From Tortispora ganteri (Eukaryota): a DNA stretch of 64,000 nt. Below the pieces are notes generated by a model. It saw only the letters and a program-made list of their open reading frames with translations. It was not told the DNA's origin and made no database searches. The stretch lies in the NCBI GenBank assembly GCA_003707115.1, contig PPNB01000002.1, positions 558,001-622,000 of the forward strand, given 5' to 3'. The translations under genes were made by a program, and so were the position numbers. Positions 41,144-52,371 of this stretch are shown piece after piece; position 1 is the first letter of the stretch; each line of letters begins with the position of its first letter.

Positions 41144-42650
41144 CTGCTCCTTTACGCCTGAAGCTCTTTAAGGCGTATAGCTCTTCCATTAAAGTTTGCG
41201 TCACGTTTCATTAACACCTATGACCGTTGCAAGACCCATGCCTTCGTTGGCTTGTGATTTCAGGTGTCAAGGAATCGGCATTTCTTAGCCACATAGTCAT
41301 TCAAAGTTAGTCGATCACATGTCTTAGTCTCATCTTATAATCCATACTGATAAGATAAGCTAGCACTTTTTCACTTGAGCCCTGAAACCTCACTTCTCAG
41401 CCCAGCGATCTCAGTACCTCGACTGAAACACGATCATTTTTGCAATATCCAGATTACCATAACAATCTCCTTATTTTCCGTTCATCACAATTATGAAAGA
41501 TACTAGTTTCGCTGTTGTGCCTCATGTGCCAGTTTCGCTATACTTTTTTGTCGTACAAACGGCCTATGGACGGCAACGCTTTCGCATTTTTCGCCGAAGG
41601 GGACCGACAGCCTCATTACCGTTGAACCAATGAAGTGAATGTTTAAGCAAACGGAAAGCTTATTTAGCTCGACACCAATACAGTTTTGGTTTGTTTGAGT
41701 TTTCTTTTAAGCCCTTATGAATTCAAAGTGGAAACGGCGGAAAACTCTGAGAGATTGGCCATCCACGTCCTCAAGCTTAGTCAGATCTGTTCGTCAAGCA
41801 AATACTTATGTACTAAAGTAATACTTCTGCTAATGTGAATTCTGCATATGACACATTGCATAAACTCCTCAGATTTTTAATGAAAGATTTGTGTTTATTG
41901 ATACGCCACTATTGATATCGAAAAACCTCTATTAGTGGCCCTTAAGGGACAGGGTTTTGGGCTGGCTAGTAAGAATATTTCCTTTTAGCACATTTCCCTA
42001 TTAGAGTTTTCTGGAGCTAAAATATATATGTGTTGCTATGGATACAGCGGAAACCACCGCATTATAAGGCCTTGTAGGGTATAATACCCTTGACCCGGCA
42101 TTGATTAGAGTTTGCAGGCAAAAAAATTACCCCTTTCACGGAGAGAGCTAAGTAATAGAGCTTGTAGCTAATTCTTATTACAAATTATTAATTATTTATT
42201 TATTTTTTTATTTTGAAATATTATATAAGACAATATATTACTAATATTATTTGATGTACTTTGTTTATGCTGATGATCGGTATGTGCCTTGAAAGGTATA
42301 CTGAACGTGCGTGCCAGTATCCCGAGATGTGTCAAACTTTAATAGTGTAATTAAACATTAGCTTCTGAGGTTTCCCCATTAGGTAAGAACCCTAACTAAA
42401 AAGAAACGGTAAACCATCAAACACATATTTTTTGTGTTTATATATATATATATATACCGCAGAATATACCTCGCTAGTTACCTACTCAACTTTGAAACAG
42501 GCATTTTATAGACATAGAGTATAAATTTAACTGGTTTTTACTCATACCAAACTATCAGATACAACCTATAGACGTTCAGATCGTAAATTTTATTCAGTTT
42601 TTATTACATATCTTTTTATCGTTCCTTTTTATCTGCAATTCAGATCACCA

Positions 42651-43946
42651 ATGACCGATTTACTACTTTCTCCTTCTGTCAGTGCACAAGACACATTTTT
42701 ATCTCGCCGCCGTCGAGATCGGACTGCTTCGAGAATCCGAGGTACTAGTGCTTCACCATCACCTGCCCGTCGCGCATTCTCGATGTCTCCGGCACCTTAC
42801 CGCCGCCGCCGAAGCTCTATACTTGCTGAGCCTGGTTCTGATATGAACGAGACTTTAAGTCAGTATCTTCCTAAGCCTACACCGAAACAAGCTGCTGAAC
42901 CGATTGTTGGATCATATGCGTTAGCATTTGACATCGATGGTGTTCTTATGCGATCTGGCGATCCTATTCCCGTTGCTCCTGAAGCGCTGCGCATGCTGAA
43001 TGGCGACAACGAGTACAATGTTCGTGTCCCGTATATTTTTGTGACTAATGGTGGTGGCAAGACCGAGGAGCAGAGATGTAAAGAGTTTTCCGAAAAGATG
43101 GAGACTCCTGTTTCCCCGAATCAGTTCATTCAGGGACATACTCCTATGCGTGACTTGCGCAAGAAATATGGTACCGTTTTAGTGGTTGGTGGAATTGGCG
43201 AGGCCTGCAGACAAGTTGCTGAACAATACGGATTTGCTGATGTTGTTACTCCTGGTGATATTTTGAAATGGAACCCGAACGTGTGCCCATTCCGTACATT
43301 GACTGAGGAAGAACACAAGAATAGTCGTTTCCGTGACTTTTCGAAAGTCAAAATCGAAGCTATTCTTGTGTTTGCTGACTCACGAGACTGGGCTGCCGAT
43401 CAGCAGATCATTTTGGACTTGCTATTGTCTAAAGACGGTGTCATGGGTACAGTTTCCGACACGTACGAGGAAGGTCCTCCTTTATATTTTGCGCACAACG
43501 ATTTTGTATGGGCGACAAACTACGACCAGTCTCGTTATGGTATGGGCGCGTTGCAAGTTTCTATTTCTGCGCTGTACAAAGCGCACACAAACAAAGAACT
43601 CTCTGTGACGAAGTATGGTAAACCGAATTACGAGACGTTTAAGTACGCTAACAACCTGCTGGCGGAATGGCGTGAGAAGATCTTTGGACACAAGTCTGAT
43701 CCTACGACCGTGTACTTTGTTGGAGACACTCCCGAGAGTGACATTCAGTTTGCGAACAAGTTTGACGATACTTGGCATTCGATTCTTGTTAAGACAGGTG
43801 TTTATCAAGAAGGAACTGTGCCTAAACATAAGCCCAAGGTTATTGTTGACAATGTCCTTGAGGCTGTAAAGTACGTGCTCGAGAGAGAGCATGGCGTGCA
43901 TGAAGAAGAATACATTTTAGAAGAAGACGAAGAAGATTTGGAATAA
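42651..43946 (+). CDS. HAD-superfamily class IIA hydrolase (CECR5/HDHD5/YKR070W-like)
   Basis: AFDIDGVL, IFVTNGGG..E, Q.HTP, DSRDW..D.Q, GKP...F.YA, YFVGDTPESDI, SILVKTGVY. Confidence 0.88.
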   Translation: MTDLLLSPSVSAQDTFLSRRRRDRTASRIRGTSASPSPARRAFSMSPAPYRRRRSSILAEPGSDMNETLSQYLPKPTPKQAAEPIVGSYALAFDIDGVLMRSGDPIPVAPEALRMLNGDNEYNVRVPYIFVTNGGGKTEEQRCKEFSEKMETPVSPNQFIQGHTPMRDLRKKYGTVLVVGGIGEACRQVAEQYGFADVVTPGDILKWNPNVCPFRTLTEEEHKNSRFRDFSKVKIEAILVFADSRDWAADQQIILDLLLSKDGVMGTVSDTYEEGPPLYFAHNDFVWATNYDQSRYGMGALQVSISALYKAHTNKELSVTKYGKPNYETFKYANNLLAEWREKIFGHKSDPTTVYFVGDTPESDIQFANKFDDTWHSILVKTGVYQEGTVPKHKPKVIVDNVLEAVKYVLEREHGVHEEEYILEEDEEDLE

Positions 43947-44067
43947 GTTGCAGGATTCAGCTATTCATTCTTTTCTAGTATACATTTTTAGAGTACTATG
44001 CATTTTTTTTTTTTCTTATTTAAGGACTAAGAAAAGTTCTCACCGTAATAAGTAACCTTAAACACCT

Positions 44068-45117
44068 ATGGACCCATTACTGGATATTTGCACATGGAAG
44101 AAGTACGATGAAAACACGCGGAAGAAGATGCTTGCGCTGCTGAAGCAAGGGATTCCTGCTACAGTGAGTGGTGAGGACGAGAAGACACCGTTACATTTGC
44201 TGGTAGAGAACTTGCCTGTTGATGCGAGTGATGAGGAAGTGCAAGGATGTTGTGAGATGATCCAGATGTTGTTCCAAAGAGGTGGCGGATGGGTGCATTT
44301 AGATTGTAATAACGAATCACCTGGGTGTATAGCACTTCGTCGTGGAGTAGCGCGATCGGTATATGATATGTTCGTAAATGAAGGAGTACGATCAGAAGTC
44401 CTGCTGCGGAAACTGGGATCGTTGATGGCAGTGGACAGCGATTCTGAGACTGCTCAAGAGGATGAAGTGGCTTTGAATACAAGCAAGTACCTTGAAGACG
44501 AGCTCCAATACAGAGAACATGATTTAATTACCAGCGAAAACGATGGGGTTATGATGGACTGGGAAGACGGGATCATGAAACGCAGTGCAGAAATTTTATG
44601 CGCGAAAGAGCACGGCTGTGTATTGAATGTAGGATTCGGTATGGGGATAATTGACCGATACATTCAATCGCACAAGCCATCAAAACATTATATTGTAGAA
44701 GCACATCCACAAGTACTGCAACGAATGCGTGATGAAGGATGGTACGAAAAAGAAGGGGTTGTGGTGCTGGAAGGCAAGTGGCAGGATACATTGCCGAAAT
44801 TGCTGGAGGAAAATGTGGTGTTTGACGGAATCTATTACGATACATTCTCTGAGAATTATGAGGCACTTTTAGAATTCTTTGAAATTGTTGTGGGACTTTT
44901 GAATGGTGACAATGGTGTGTTTTCATTCTTCAATGGACTCGGCGCAGACAGACAAGTATGTTATGATGTTTACTGCAAGGTCGTAGAACTAGACCTAGCA
45001 GAGTTCGGACTTTCTTTAGAATACGAACCGATGGAAATCAATAAACAATCTTGGACACATGTCAAACGGTCTTATTGGAATGTTAACCCTTATATGTTGC
45101 CTATATGTCACTTTTAA
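44068..45117 (+). CDS. RMT2: Arginine N(delta)-methyltransferase Rmt2
   Basis: Ankyrin-like TPLH N-terminus; [49 protein letters not shown]. Confidence 0.92.
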   Translation: MDPLLDICTWKKYDENTRKKMLALLKQGIPATVSGEDEKTPLHLLVENLPVDASDEEVQGCCEMIQMLFQRGGGWVHLDCNNESPGCIALRRGVARSVYDMFVNEGVRSEVLLRKLGSLMAVDSDSETAQEDEVALNTSKYLEDELQYREHDLITSENDGVMMDWEDGIMKRSAEILCAKEHGCVLNVGFGMGIIDRYIQSHKPSKHYIVEAHPQVLQRMRDEGWYEKEGVVVLEGKWQDTLPKLLEENVVFDGIYYDTFSENYEALLEFFEIVVGLLNGDNGVFSFFNGLGADRQVCYDVYCKVVELDLAEFGLSLEYEPMEINKQSWTHVKRSYWNVNPYMLPICHF

Positions 45118-45487
45118 CCGCCTCTTAGTGCAAGTACTAAATGCAACGTAGCCCCACCTTGTATACCGTAATGACGCGCATCTTCCATATCGTTCATTTG
45201 TTTGCCACCAAAAATAAGTCGTTGTTGAGAAGGTGGTATACCTTCTTTCTCTTCAACTTTCTCTTTAATTTGTGATATCTGTCGTTAGTAGTTGGTCCGT
45301 CAACTTCAAATTCAAATATTTACCTTGTCTGATGCCTCAATATCAAGTGAGATCTTAAACAATGTTAGTCTCAAGATTTCACCATTATTAATATTTTAAA
45401 CCTACCTCTTTTCCAGTCAATGTCTTTTAGTTAGTATTGATTATTCAGTGTTAATAATTATTCACTTACCTTCACTTTGACCTGCAT
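45114..45487 (-). CDS. RUB1: NEDD8/Rub1 ubiquitin-like protein, 76 aa; exons 45487-45470, 45423-45406, 45353-45324, 45278-45114
   Basis: Absent from the ORF track. Three introns of 46, 52 and 45 nt (donors GTAAGT, GTAGGT, GTAAAT; ACTAAC branches). Spliced product: [76 protein letters not shown]. Ala72 is the NEDD8 signature. Confidence 0.95.
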
Positions 45488-45612
45488 GGTTGTGGAGTGC
45501 TGGGAAAAATAGGCCCCCAGTAGTGCAACAAAATCACTTTATAATAGCAAAAACTACACTAGAAAGTCACTTATTCATTAATTTCATTCAATTCATAATA
45601 ATAATCTCAAAT

Positions 45613-46029
45613 TCATTTATTCATCGCCATACGAACTTCACGCCGCGCAAGCAAACTTTCCTCTAGCTGAATCATCCATAATCTCTCCAACTCACTCACG
45701 TCAACCTTCCGCTCATACACCAGCTTCTCACCAGCCAGCCGCCTCATCATCCGCTTTTCCATATCAGTCACATGCCAACATACTTCCTTTTTAATCTGTA
45801 TCCGCCGTCGTAACTGTTTAGGATCATCTTTAAACACATACGGGTTTACAGTCGCCACAAGCGGAATGTTCTCCTTGTCGGGATACCACTCAGACGGCGG
45901 CGCAGGCAATAGTCCGCTCTTTACTATCGGGTTTACGACCAAATCCAGCTTACGTGCTTTCGATTTAACTTTCTGCCACGTACGCGCAGCTTTTAATGGT
46001 TTAACATCTTTGCTATACCATCTTATCAT
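45613..46029 (-). CDS. Uncharacterised basic 138-aa protein, possibly mitochondrial
   Basis: ATG-started ORF filling the gap between RPT2 and RUB1; basic N-terminus MIRWYSK; no recognised domain. Confidence 0.55.
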   Translation of the reverse strand: MIRWYSKDVKPLKAARTWQKVKSKARKLDLVVNPIVKSGLLPAPPSEWYPDKENIPLVATVNPYVFKDDPKQLRRRIQIKKEVCWHVTDMEKRMMRRLAGEKLVYERKVDVSELERLWMIQLEESLLARREVRMAMNK

Positions 46030-46116
46030 GACTTTGACAAGCTCTTAAAGTGAAGCAAGTGTGTCTCTCTTGGGACTGGAAAATGTTAGTCCCAAAACAA
46101 CTCAGCTTCATCTGAA

Positions 46117-47454
46117 CTAAAGGTACAGGCCCTCAATGGACTCTTCAAGCTTGTTCTTCATAACACGGTCTCTAGCCGACCGGAAATCAGACGCTGTAAC
46201 ACGCATCCTTCTTTCTCTTAACGCTAGCAAACCAGCTTCCGTACACATGGCTTTAATATCGGCGCCCGAAAGGTCGTCTTTCAACTGCACAAACTCTTCC
46301 AAATCAACATCAGATGCCAGCGACATCTTAGAGGTGTGAATCTGGAAAATCTTTCTTTTCGTGTTCTGGTCAGGGTTCTCAAACAGAATCTTTCGGTCAA
46401 TTCTTCCCGGCCTGATAAGCGCAGGGTCAAGACTTTCGATCTTGTTTGTAGCCATAATCACTTTAACGTCACCGCGATCATCAAATCCGTCTAGTTGGTT
46501 AAGTAGCTCAAGCATAGTTCTCTGGATCTCACGCTCTCCGCCTGAGGATGATTCATATCGTTTTGTGCCAATAGCATCTATTTCGTCAATGAATACAATT
46601 GAAGGTGCGTGCTCAGCAGCAACTTGGAAAATCTGTCGGCACAATCGCGGTCCATCGCCTAGATATTTCTGAATTAGTTCAGAGCCGACAATTCTTAAAA
46701 ATGTAGCAGAAGTTTGATTAGCCACAGCTTTAGCAAGTAGTGTTTTGCCTGTGCCTGGGGCACCATACAAGATAACACCTTTAGGCGGTTTAATGCCCAT
46801 CTCTTCGTAGAGCTCAGGATGTGTCAAAGGAAGCTCAACAGCTTCTTTAATTTCTTGAATTTGCGATTCGAGACCTCCAATATCAGCGTATGACTCTGTA
46901 GGCGCTTTATCTAGTTTCATAACACTAACCATAGGGTCGGCGTCGTCCTGCAAAACTCCTACAATAGATACCGACTTATGGTGTAGCAACACCGTACATC
47001 CAGGTTCGAGCAAGTCCTTATCAACAAATGACATTATAGAAACGTAATATTCAGGTCCTGTAGCTGAAGACACGATTGCATGATCATCATCAATAATCTC
47101 CTCTAATGTGCCTACACCCATAGGACTGCCACGAATCTCATCAACTTTAGACCGCTCTTCAGCCACACGATCATCTGTAGATTTCAGTTGTTCTTGGTTT
47201 CGAACAAACTCTTCTTCCATTAAAAGATGATCTTTAACGCGTTCCATTTTAAGAAGTTTTAGTTTGCATCTCGTGGAAGGGTGAATCGCGGGTAGTCTAT
47301 TAGAAGCATCTGGACCTCTCCTCTTCTTCTTACCAACTCTAGTGGCGACAGGAGGCTCGTATTTTGGTTTATCCTGTTTCTTTTTCTTTTTACGATCTCC
47401 ATCGCCAAATATATTCGGTGGAAGACCAAATTGACCACTTTGTCCTTGCCCCAT
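46117..47454 (-). CDS. RPT2: 26S proteasome AAA ATPase Rpt2
   Basis: MGQ myristoylation start, [38 protein letters not shown]-terminal EGLYL (HbYX). Confidence 0.97.
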   Translation of the reverse strand: MGQGQSGQFGLPPNIFGDGDRKKKKKQDKPKYEPPVATRVGKKKRRGPDASNRLPAIHPSTRCKLKLLKMERVKDHLLMEEEFVRNQEQLKSTDDRVAEERSKVDEIRGSPMGVGTLEEIIDDDHAIVSSATGPEYYVSIMSFVDKDLLEPGCTVLLHHKSVSIVGVLQDDADPMVSVMKLDKAPTESYADIGGLESQIQEIKEAVELPLTHPELYEEMGIKPPKGVILYGAPGTGKTLLAKAVANQTSATFLRIVGSELIQKYLGDGPRLCRQIFQVAAEHAPSIVFIDEIDAIGTKRYESSSGGEREIQRTMLELLNQLDGFDDRGDVKVIMATNKIESLDPALIRPGRIDRKILFENPDQNTKRKIFQIHTSKMSLASDVDLEEFVQLKDDLSGADIKAMCTEAGLLALRERRMRVTASDFRSARDRVMKNKLEESIEGLYL

Positions 47455-47565
47455 ATTGCCACTGTTGTTAATGCTTGATGACTAGGTGTGTTGAATTGGT
47501 GAACCGGGAAATAATAGAAACAACCCTGAGCCCTTCCACCATTAGTCAAACCTTCGACAAACACA

Positions 47566-48177
47566 ATGGCATCAAATGATGAGATAATACAATTGGCTAA
47601 ACGTGCCGCAGAGAAATTAAAAATTAATGATACAGAGACTAATCCACGTGGAATACCTAAAGCACCATTTATCGATCAAGTAGAGAAGTTTGTGGCAAAT
47701 GCTAATGAGGCTGAAGCTATGCTACGTATGCTGCAATCGATGCTCGATAAATACCAGTCCATGGAAGCAGTGACTTTGCAGAAGAAAGCATCTTTAAATC
47801 AAAGGGTTCCTGATATAAAAGAAACTTTACAAACAGTCCAGTTTCTCAAAGAACAGGCTGCGGAATCAAAGTCTACTGTCACCACCTATGAGCTCGATGA
47901 GACCATGCATGCTCATGCGCAAATAGACCCTACAGACGCTGTATGTTTATGGCTTGGCGCTAATGTTATGCTTGAATATCCGATTGATGAGGCAATCGAG
48001 CTTCTTACTGAAAGGCTGGATGCTGCAAATAGGAACCTCAAAGATTGCGATGAAGACTTGGAGTTCCTACGAGAAGCCATTACTACTGTTCAAGTAAACA
48101 CTGCTCGTGTATATAACTGGGATATTCAAAGACGGAAAGCCCAGAAATCAAGTACTGCGAACGAAGTTGCCGTCTAA
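47566..48177 (+). CDS. PAC10: Prefoldin subunit 3
   Basis: NPRGIPKAPF, VCLWLGANVMLEY.IDEA, DLEFLRE.ITT..VNTARVYNWD. Confidence 0.93.
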   Translation: MASNDEIIQLAKRAAEKLKINDTETNPRGIPKAPFIDQVEKFVANANEAEAMLRMLQSMLDKYQSMEAVTLQKKASLNQRVPDIKETLQTVQFLKEQAAESKSTVTTYELDETMHAHAQIDPTDAVCLWLGANVMLEYPIDEAIELLTERLDAANRNLKDCDEDLEFLREAITTVQVNTARVYNWDIQRRKAQKSSTANEVAV

Positions 48178-48435
48178 TTCAGTGATTACTAAAGCGACGC
48201 TAATGTTCACCTATGCTAAATAGTCTGCAGAGTCTACTTCTGATTATCACAGAGCCTTCAGACTGTATGAAAACATACAACAATACTGGCATGAATAATT
48301 TACGCAATATTTAATGATATATTACTCATATAAACGTTCTGTTCATGTCAACATGTATATTTATCGGATGAACAGGGTTAGGGCAATAGAGTTAAATGGG
48401 TCGTTAATTTATGAGGTTCTGATCTACCGACATAC

Positions 48436-50103
48436 ATGGACAATATTGTCGAGATATCGGACTCATCTGATGATGAGATCGTTGAAATTTTAAAGGACGA
48501 GGTCAATAATGCTACAAAGTCAAGTATTCTTGGGTTAGACAGGGCTGCGATGGAACGTGAACGACTAGCGCGTAGAAAGAGGATGGCTAGCGAATCAGAA
48601 CGACAAGATGGCAATATTACGAAAAGAATTAATAATGGGTCTTCAAGGCCGGTAATTGCTACTCTTTCATCTATAATGGCCGCTGAAGAGAAGGTAGAAT
48701 TATCTACACGGCTAAATGAACGATTCTGGGACGGAGTAGTCCTAAAAATTGCCGTCCAAGGCTATCCACGGGAGGACGATATCACGATCGAGGAGCTATG
48801 GGACGCAGAGCACATAGAACATGCCGTTTTGTCTTCCTTCTGCACGCACTACCCGTGGGTATTGTCTAAGCTGTGCAAGGGAATCAGGAAAGATCTGACA
48901 TTCATCACAGTAGACGATGCCATGAACGACAAGGACGTCATGGACCACGCTGGCAAGCATTTAAAATCGGTCAACCAAGTACGTCCGTATTTGGGTGGTA
49001 ATGTACGTACAATGCATTCTAAGTTGCAGCTTCTGTTCTATAAAGACCGGCTGCGGCTGTGTATTCCTTCTGCGAACCTCACGGATTACGACTGGGGTGA
49101 AGCTGGCGGCGTACTGGAGAATATAGTGTTCATTCAGGACTATCCACGCAGTACTGAGAACAACAACACAGAGTTCTGTTTCTCATCAGACAGCGACCGA
49201 TGGGACTCGTATGATGATTTTGAAGGACAATATCAGCAAGTCAAGCAGCCGTTCCTTCGCTCACTGGTCCTGTTCTTAGAAGCACAAGGGGTTGACTACA
49301 ATCTCGTGTCTGAACTTATAGAACAAGTGGACTGGTCTAAAGCAGAAAATCTGCGGTTTATACACACAATTGGTGGAACTTTGCCCATGGAAAAAGAGGC
49401 CTTAAGGACGCGCGACAAGGCTAGAAGCCAGTGGTCAAGCGACGACTCACATCGATCACTAAACAGAGTTAACGACAGCATCAATGTGGCGTGGCAAACA
49501 GGGTTTTTAGGACTTACTGAAGCCATAAACTCGCTGAAACCGGGATTGACAACAATGTCGTCTATGAAGTACATTACTTCATCGGTAGGCGACCTCACTG
49601 ATCTGTATTGCTACACAATATACCTCGCGGCGCACGGGGTTGATTTGTCGTATGGCTGGAAGTATTTCCCTGGTCCCGGCCGCAGAGCGGTTAATTTAAA
49701 CAGCACAGAGTCTGAGACCCTTAACGGACTTGAGATTTTTTTCCCTGCTAGAGCAGATGTCGAAGCCTCTAAAGGTGGTGTTGATGCGGCAGGCACTATA
49801 TTTCTATTGAACCGGTTCTGGAGTTCGTCCAGTTTTCCTCGAAGATTGTTTCGACCATTGAGGTCAAAAAGACAAGGATGTTTGAGCCATTCGAAGATGT
49901 TCTGGACGGACCATTTTGTTTACGCAGGAAGCCATAATTTCTCACCCTCAGCATGGGGTAAACTGAACAAGAATGGTACTTTCTCATGTGCAAACTGGGA
50001 ATGCGGTGTACTTATTCCAACTGATTCTGGTGTATTTACGTGTACACCAGTAGATCTTGATATCAAAGACCAGCTTAGACACCCGTTCATGCAAAACGAG
50101 TGA
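48436..50103 (+). CDS. Tyrosyl-DNA phosphodiesterase 1-like (phospholipase D superfamily)
   Basis: Two HxK(x)nN motifs: MHSKLQLL...IPSANL and SHSKM...YAGSHNFSPSAWG...NWECGV; SSVG motif. Confidence 0.85.
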   Translation: MDNIVEISDSSDDEIVEILKDEVNNATKSSILGLDRAAMERERLARRKRMASESERQDGNITKRINNGSSRPVIATLSSIMAAEEKVELSTRLNERFWDGVVLKIAVQGYPREDDITIEELWDAEHIEHAVLSSFCTHYPWVLSKLCKGIRKDLTFITVDDAMNDKDVMDHAGKHLKSVNQVRPYLGGNVRTMHSKLQLLFYKDRLRLCIPSANLTDYDWGEAGGVLENIVFIQDYPRSTENNNTEFCFSSDSDRWDSYDDFEGQYQQVKQPFLRSLVLFLEAQGVDYNLVSELIEQVDWSKAENLRFIHTIGGTLPMEKEALRTRDKARSQWSSDDSHRSLNRVNDSINVAWQTGFLGLTEAINSLKPGLTTMSSMKYITSSVGDLTDLYCYTIYLAAHGVDLSYGWKYFPGPGRRAVNLNSTESETLNGLEIFFPARADVEASKGGVDAAGTIFLLNRFWSSSSFPRRLFRPLRSKRQGCLSHSKMFWTDHFVYAGSHNFSPSAWGKLNKNGTFSCANWECGVLIPTDSGVFTCTPVDLDIKDQLRHPFMQNE

Positions 50104-50203
50104 TAAAACTTCTGAAACGAAGACAAGAAGACTATTTACGAAGAATGACGCAACTACGAAAACGTACAATAAAACTAAACACTATCACTCAAAAATAACA
50201 AAA

Positions 50204-52371
50204 CTAAACAGAGTCTTCAAGGTATTTGTATTCGAATTGAAAATTGGCTTTGCGCCTTTGCAGCCACATGCCTTCATAATCAAAATACCGGTAAGTACCT
50301 TGCTCATAGTCATCAGTTATAATGTCAGGCTCATCATGCCTTTGAAACCATGTTAAAAATCCTTTATGATACCTCCAATTCTGACGTTTCAACTCCTTGG
50401 CCGCTAAGTATTGCTGATACGTCCCCTGACGATAGTAGAAAATGTAAAACAGAGTTTCGAAATCCAGTTTGCTATAGAGCGCGGGGTCATCAAACACAGC
50501 TAGCGGTACCTGCGGATAATATGATGCCATCGGATAAGGATTTTGAGGCCTGTAATGTTTCGGTTTCTCTGCATCTCTAGAATCTGGGCAATTAACTAGC
50601 GAACTTTGAAGCAAATCTGAGATCGAAGAAATCGGCGGAGGGTTTTCGGCCCGTTTCTTTGCTGAATCTAAACTTGATATTAAGTCTTGTAATCCTGGTG
50701 GTAAGTGTGCAAAAGAGTCATCAACTGAGGAGAGTGTGTCTGCACGAGTTAAATCAGGAGTCCTTGTACCGACTGTACTGTCAGTAGCGGACGATTTGTT
50801 TGAATCATTGGGTTCGGTTCGATCGCTAGCGCTCTCGCCTTGCCCGTATGAAGAATCTTTTCCGGCGAATAGTCCAGCAGATGAAGCGGCAACAGCAGCT
50901 GCAGTCAAGGGAGTTGTACCGTTCGACATCGAGCCACTGGACGCCTTATTGGCATTACCGGAGCTACCACTACTGCTAGTGGCTTTGGAGGCGGGCGGGG
51001 GTAACGGGACCAGGCCAGTTGAAGCAACTGTGCTGGTAGTTGTGTTGGCAGCAGCGGCAGCAGCAGCTGCTGCAGAGGCGTACTTGAGTGTTTCGCCAAC
51101 AGTACTAGCAGGCGGCACAGTAGGCTTTGATGATGATCCGCTAGCAATAAAGGCTGAAGCGGTCGATGGAGGCTGTGGCGGATGCGGGAGGTGCGGCTGT
51201 GACTGAGGTTTCGATATCGACGGCGAGGCAGTTGCAGCAGCGGATAATGGGCCTGAAGGTCCCCTAGACGGTGGTTCTGCTTTCTTGGTGTTTACAGCTG
51301 AAACCGCAGCGGTGTTATGAGATGTTGCAGACGATGAAGACGGGGCACCTGAAGCCGCCGTTACGGTGGCATTAGATGCGGCTGGAGCAGTAGAAGAAGA
51401 AGATACTGGAGCAGATGTTGCTGAATTAGAAGTCGTTGATGCAATAGCATTAAGGCTATCGGCTTTATCTGGGTCATCGCGGCGCTCTGCGGCGGTGTAC
51501 CCTAAACCGTCTTCATCATCTTCGAGGTTAAGTTCATCATATATTTCCTCATCTTCGGCGAATTCCAATTCTTGATTTGATTCGACGTAGTAGGTGATAT
51601 CTTCCTGAATGTCCTGGATCTGAGATATATCTAGAGCATCATTGTCCAGCATACGCATAACAACTTCGAGTTTCTTTATATGCCATTTATGACGCTCGAT
51701 GAAATGGTCAAGTTCTGATATCCGTTCCATTTTGGCGGTATCTTTGCGGCCTTTCTTCATTGTAGACTGAATACTTTCCTGCTCAGACTCGAACTGGTCA
51801 ATCTGGCTTTCGAGATCTTCGATGATTCCATTGATCCAATTATTCATTTCAGCCTTCTCCTGATCCCGCGGATCAGCCTTCGCTGAAGCTGTAAGACCTT
51901 CTCGTGAGTATGCTTTTGTTTTCATTTCACGTTCTACGGCCTTAAACCGTTCCATTTCGGTTTCAATGAGTTTACGGTTGTCAGCGAGCGATTTCTTGTC
52001 CTTAACATCACTACTACCTTGCCACGTTTTTATTTGATCGCGCAACCGTTGTAGTTTCTTAATTTCACGTTTCAGATCTTGTTCAAGTTTGTCTTTTTGG
52101 CTCGGGTTCGTACATGACTGCACTTTCTCGTAGAGTCCATCAAAGATGGCGACGCCTTCGGCCACCCGTTTGAACACGCGGTCAATCTCTCTTGTTAATG
52201 TTAGTAGCTGGTTATTTTCTTTTATAAATAAACGAGGAAAAATTATATTAAACCAATCAGATTAGTCCAAATCGTACAGCTTGGCGCAATGATAAACATA
52301 TTAGATTATCAACGAGCGCGGCAAGGCTATTATATAGGTATTACTTACTGTTGCAGCTTTCGCGCAGACAT
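50204..52371 (-). CDS. NOT3: CCR4-NOT subunit Not3/Not5; exon 1 52371-52349, 158-nt intron 52348-52191, exon 2 52190-50204
   Basis: Splicing GTAAGT...TACTAACATTAACAAG gives MSARKLQQEIDRVFKRVAEG; DLKREIKKLQRLRDQIKTW; NOT-box ETLFYIFYY.QGTYQQYLAAKELK..WRYH. Not3 and Not5 cannot be told apart by eye. Confidence 0.92.

Noticed and set aside
41555..41580. ATGGACGGCAACG resembling part of yeast RNase P RNA
   Set aside because: The conserved P4 halves (CR-I and CR-V) could not be found at suitable distances.
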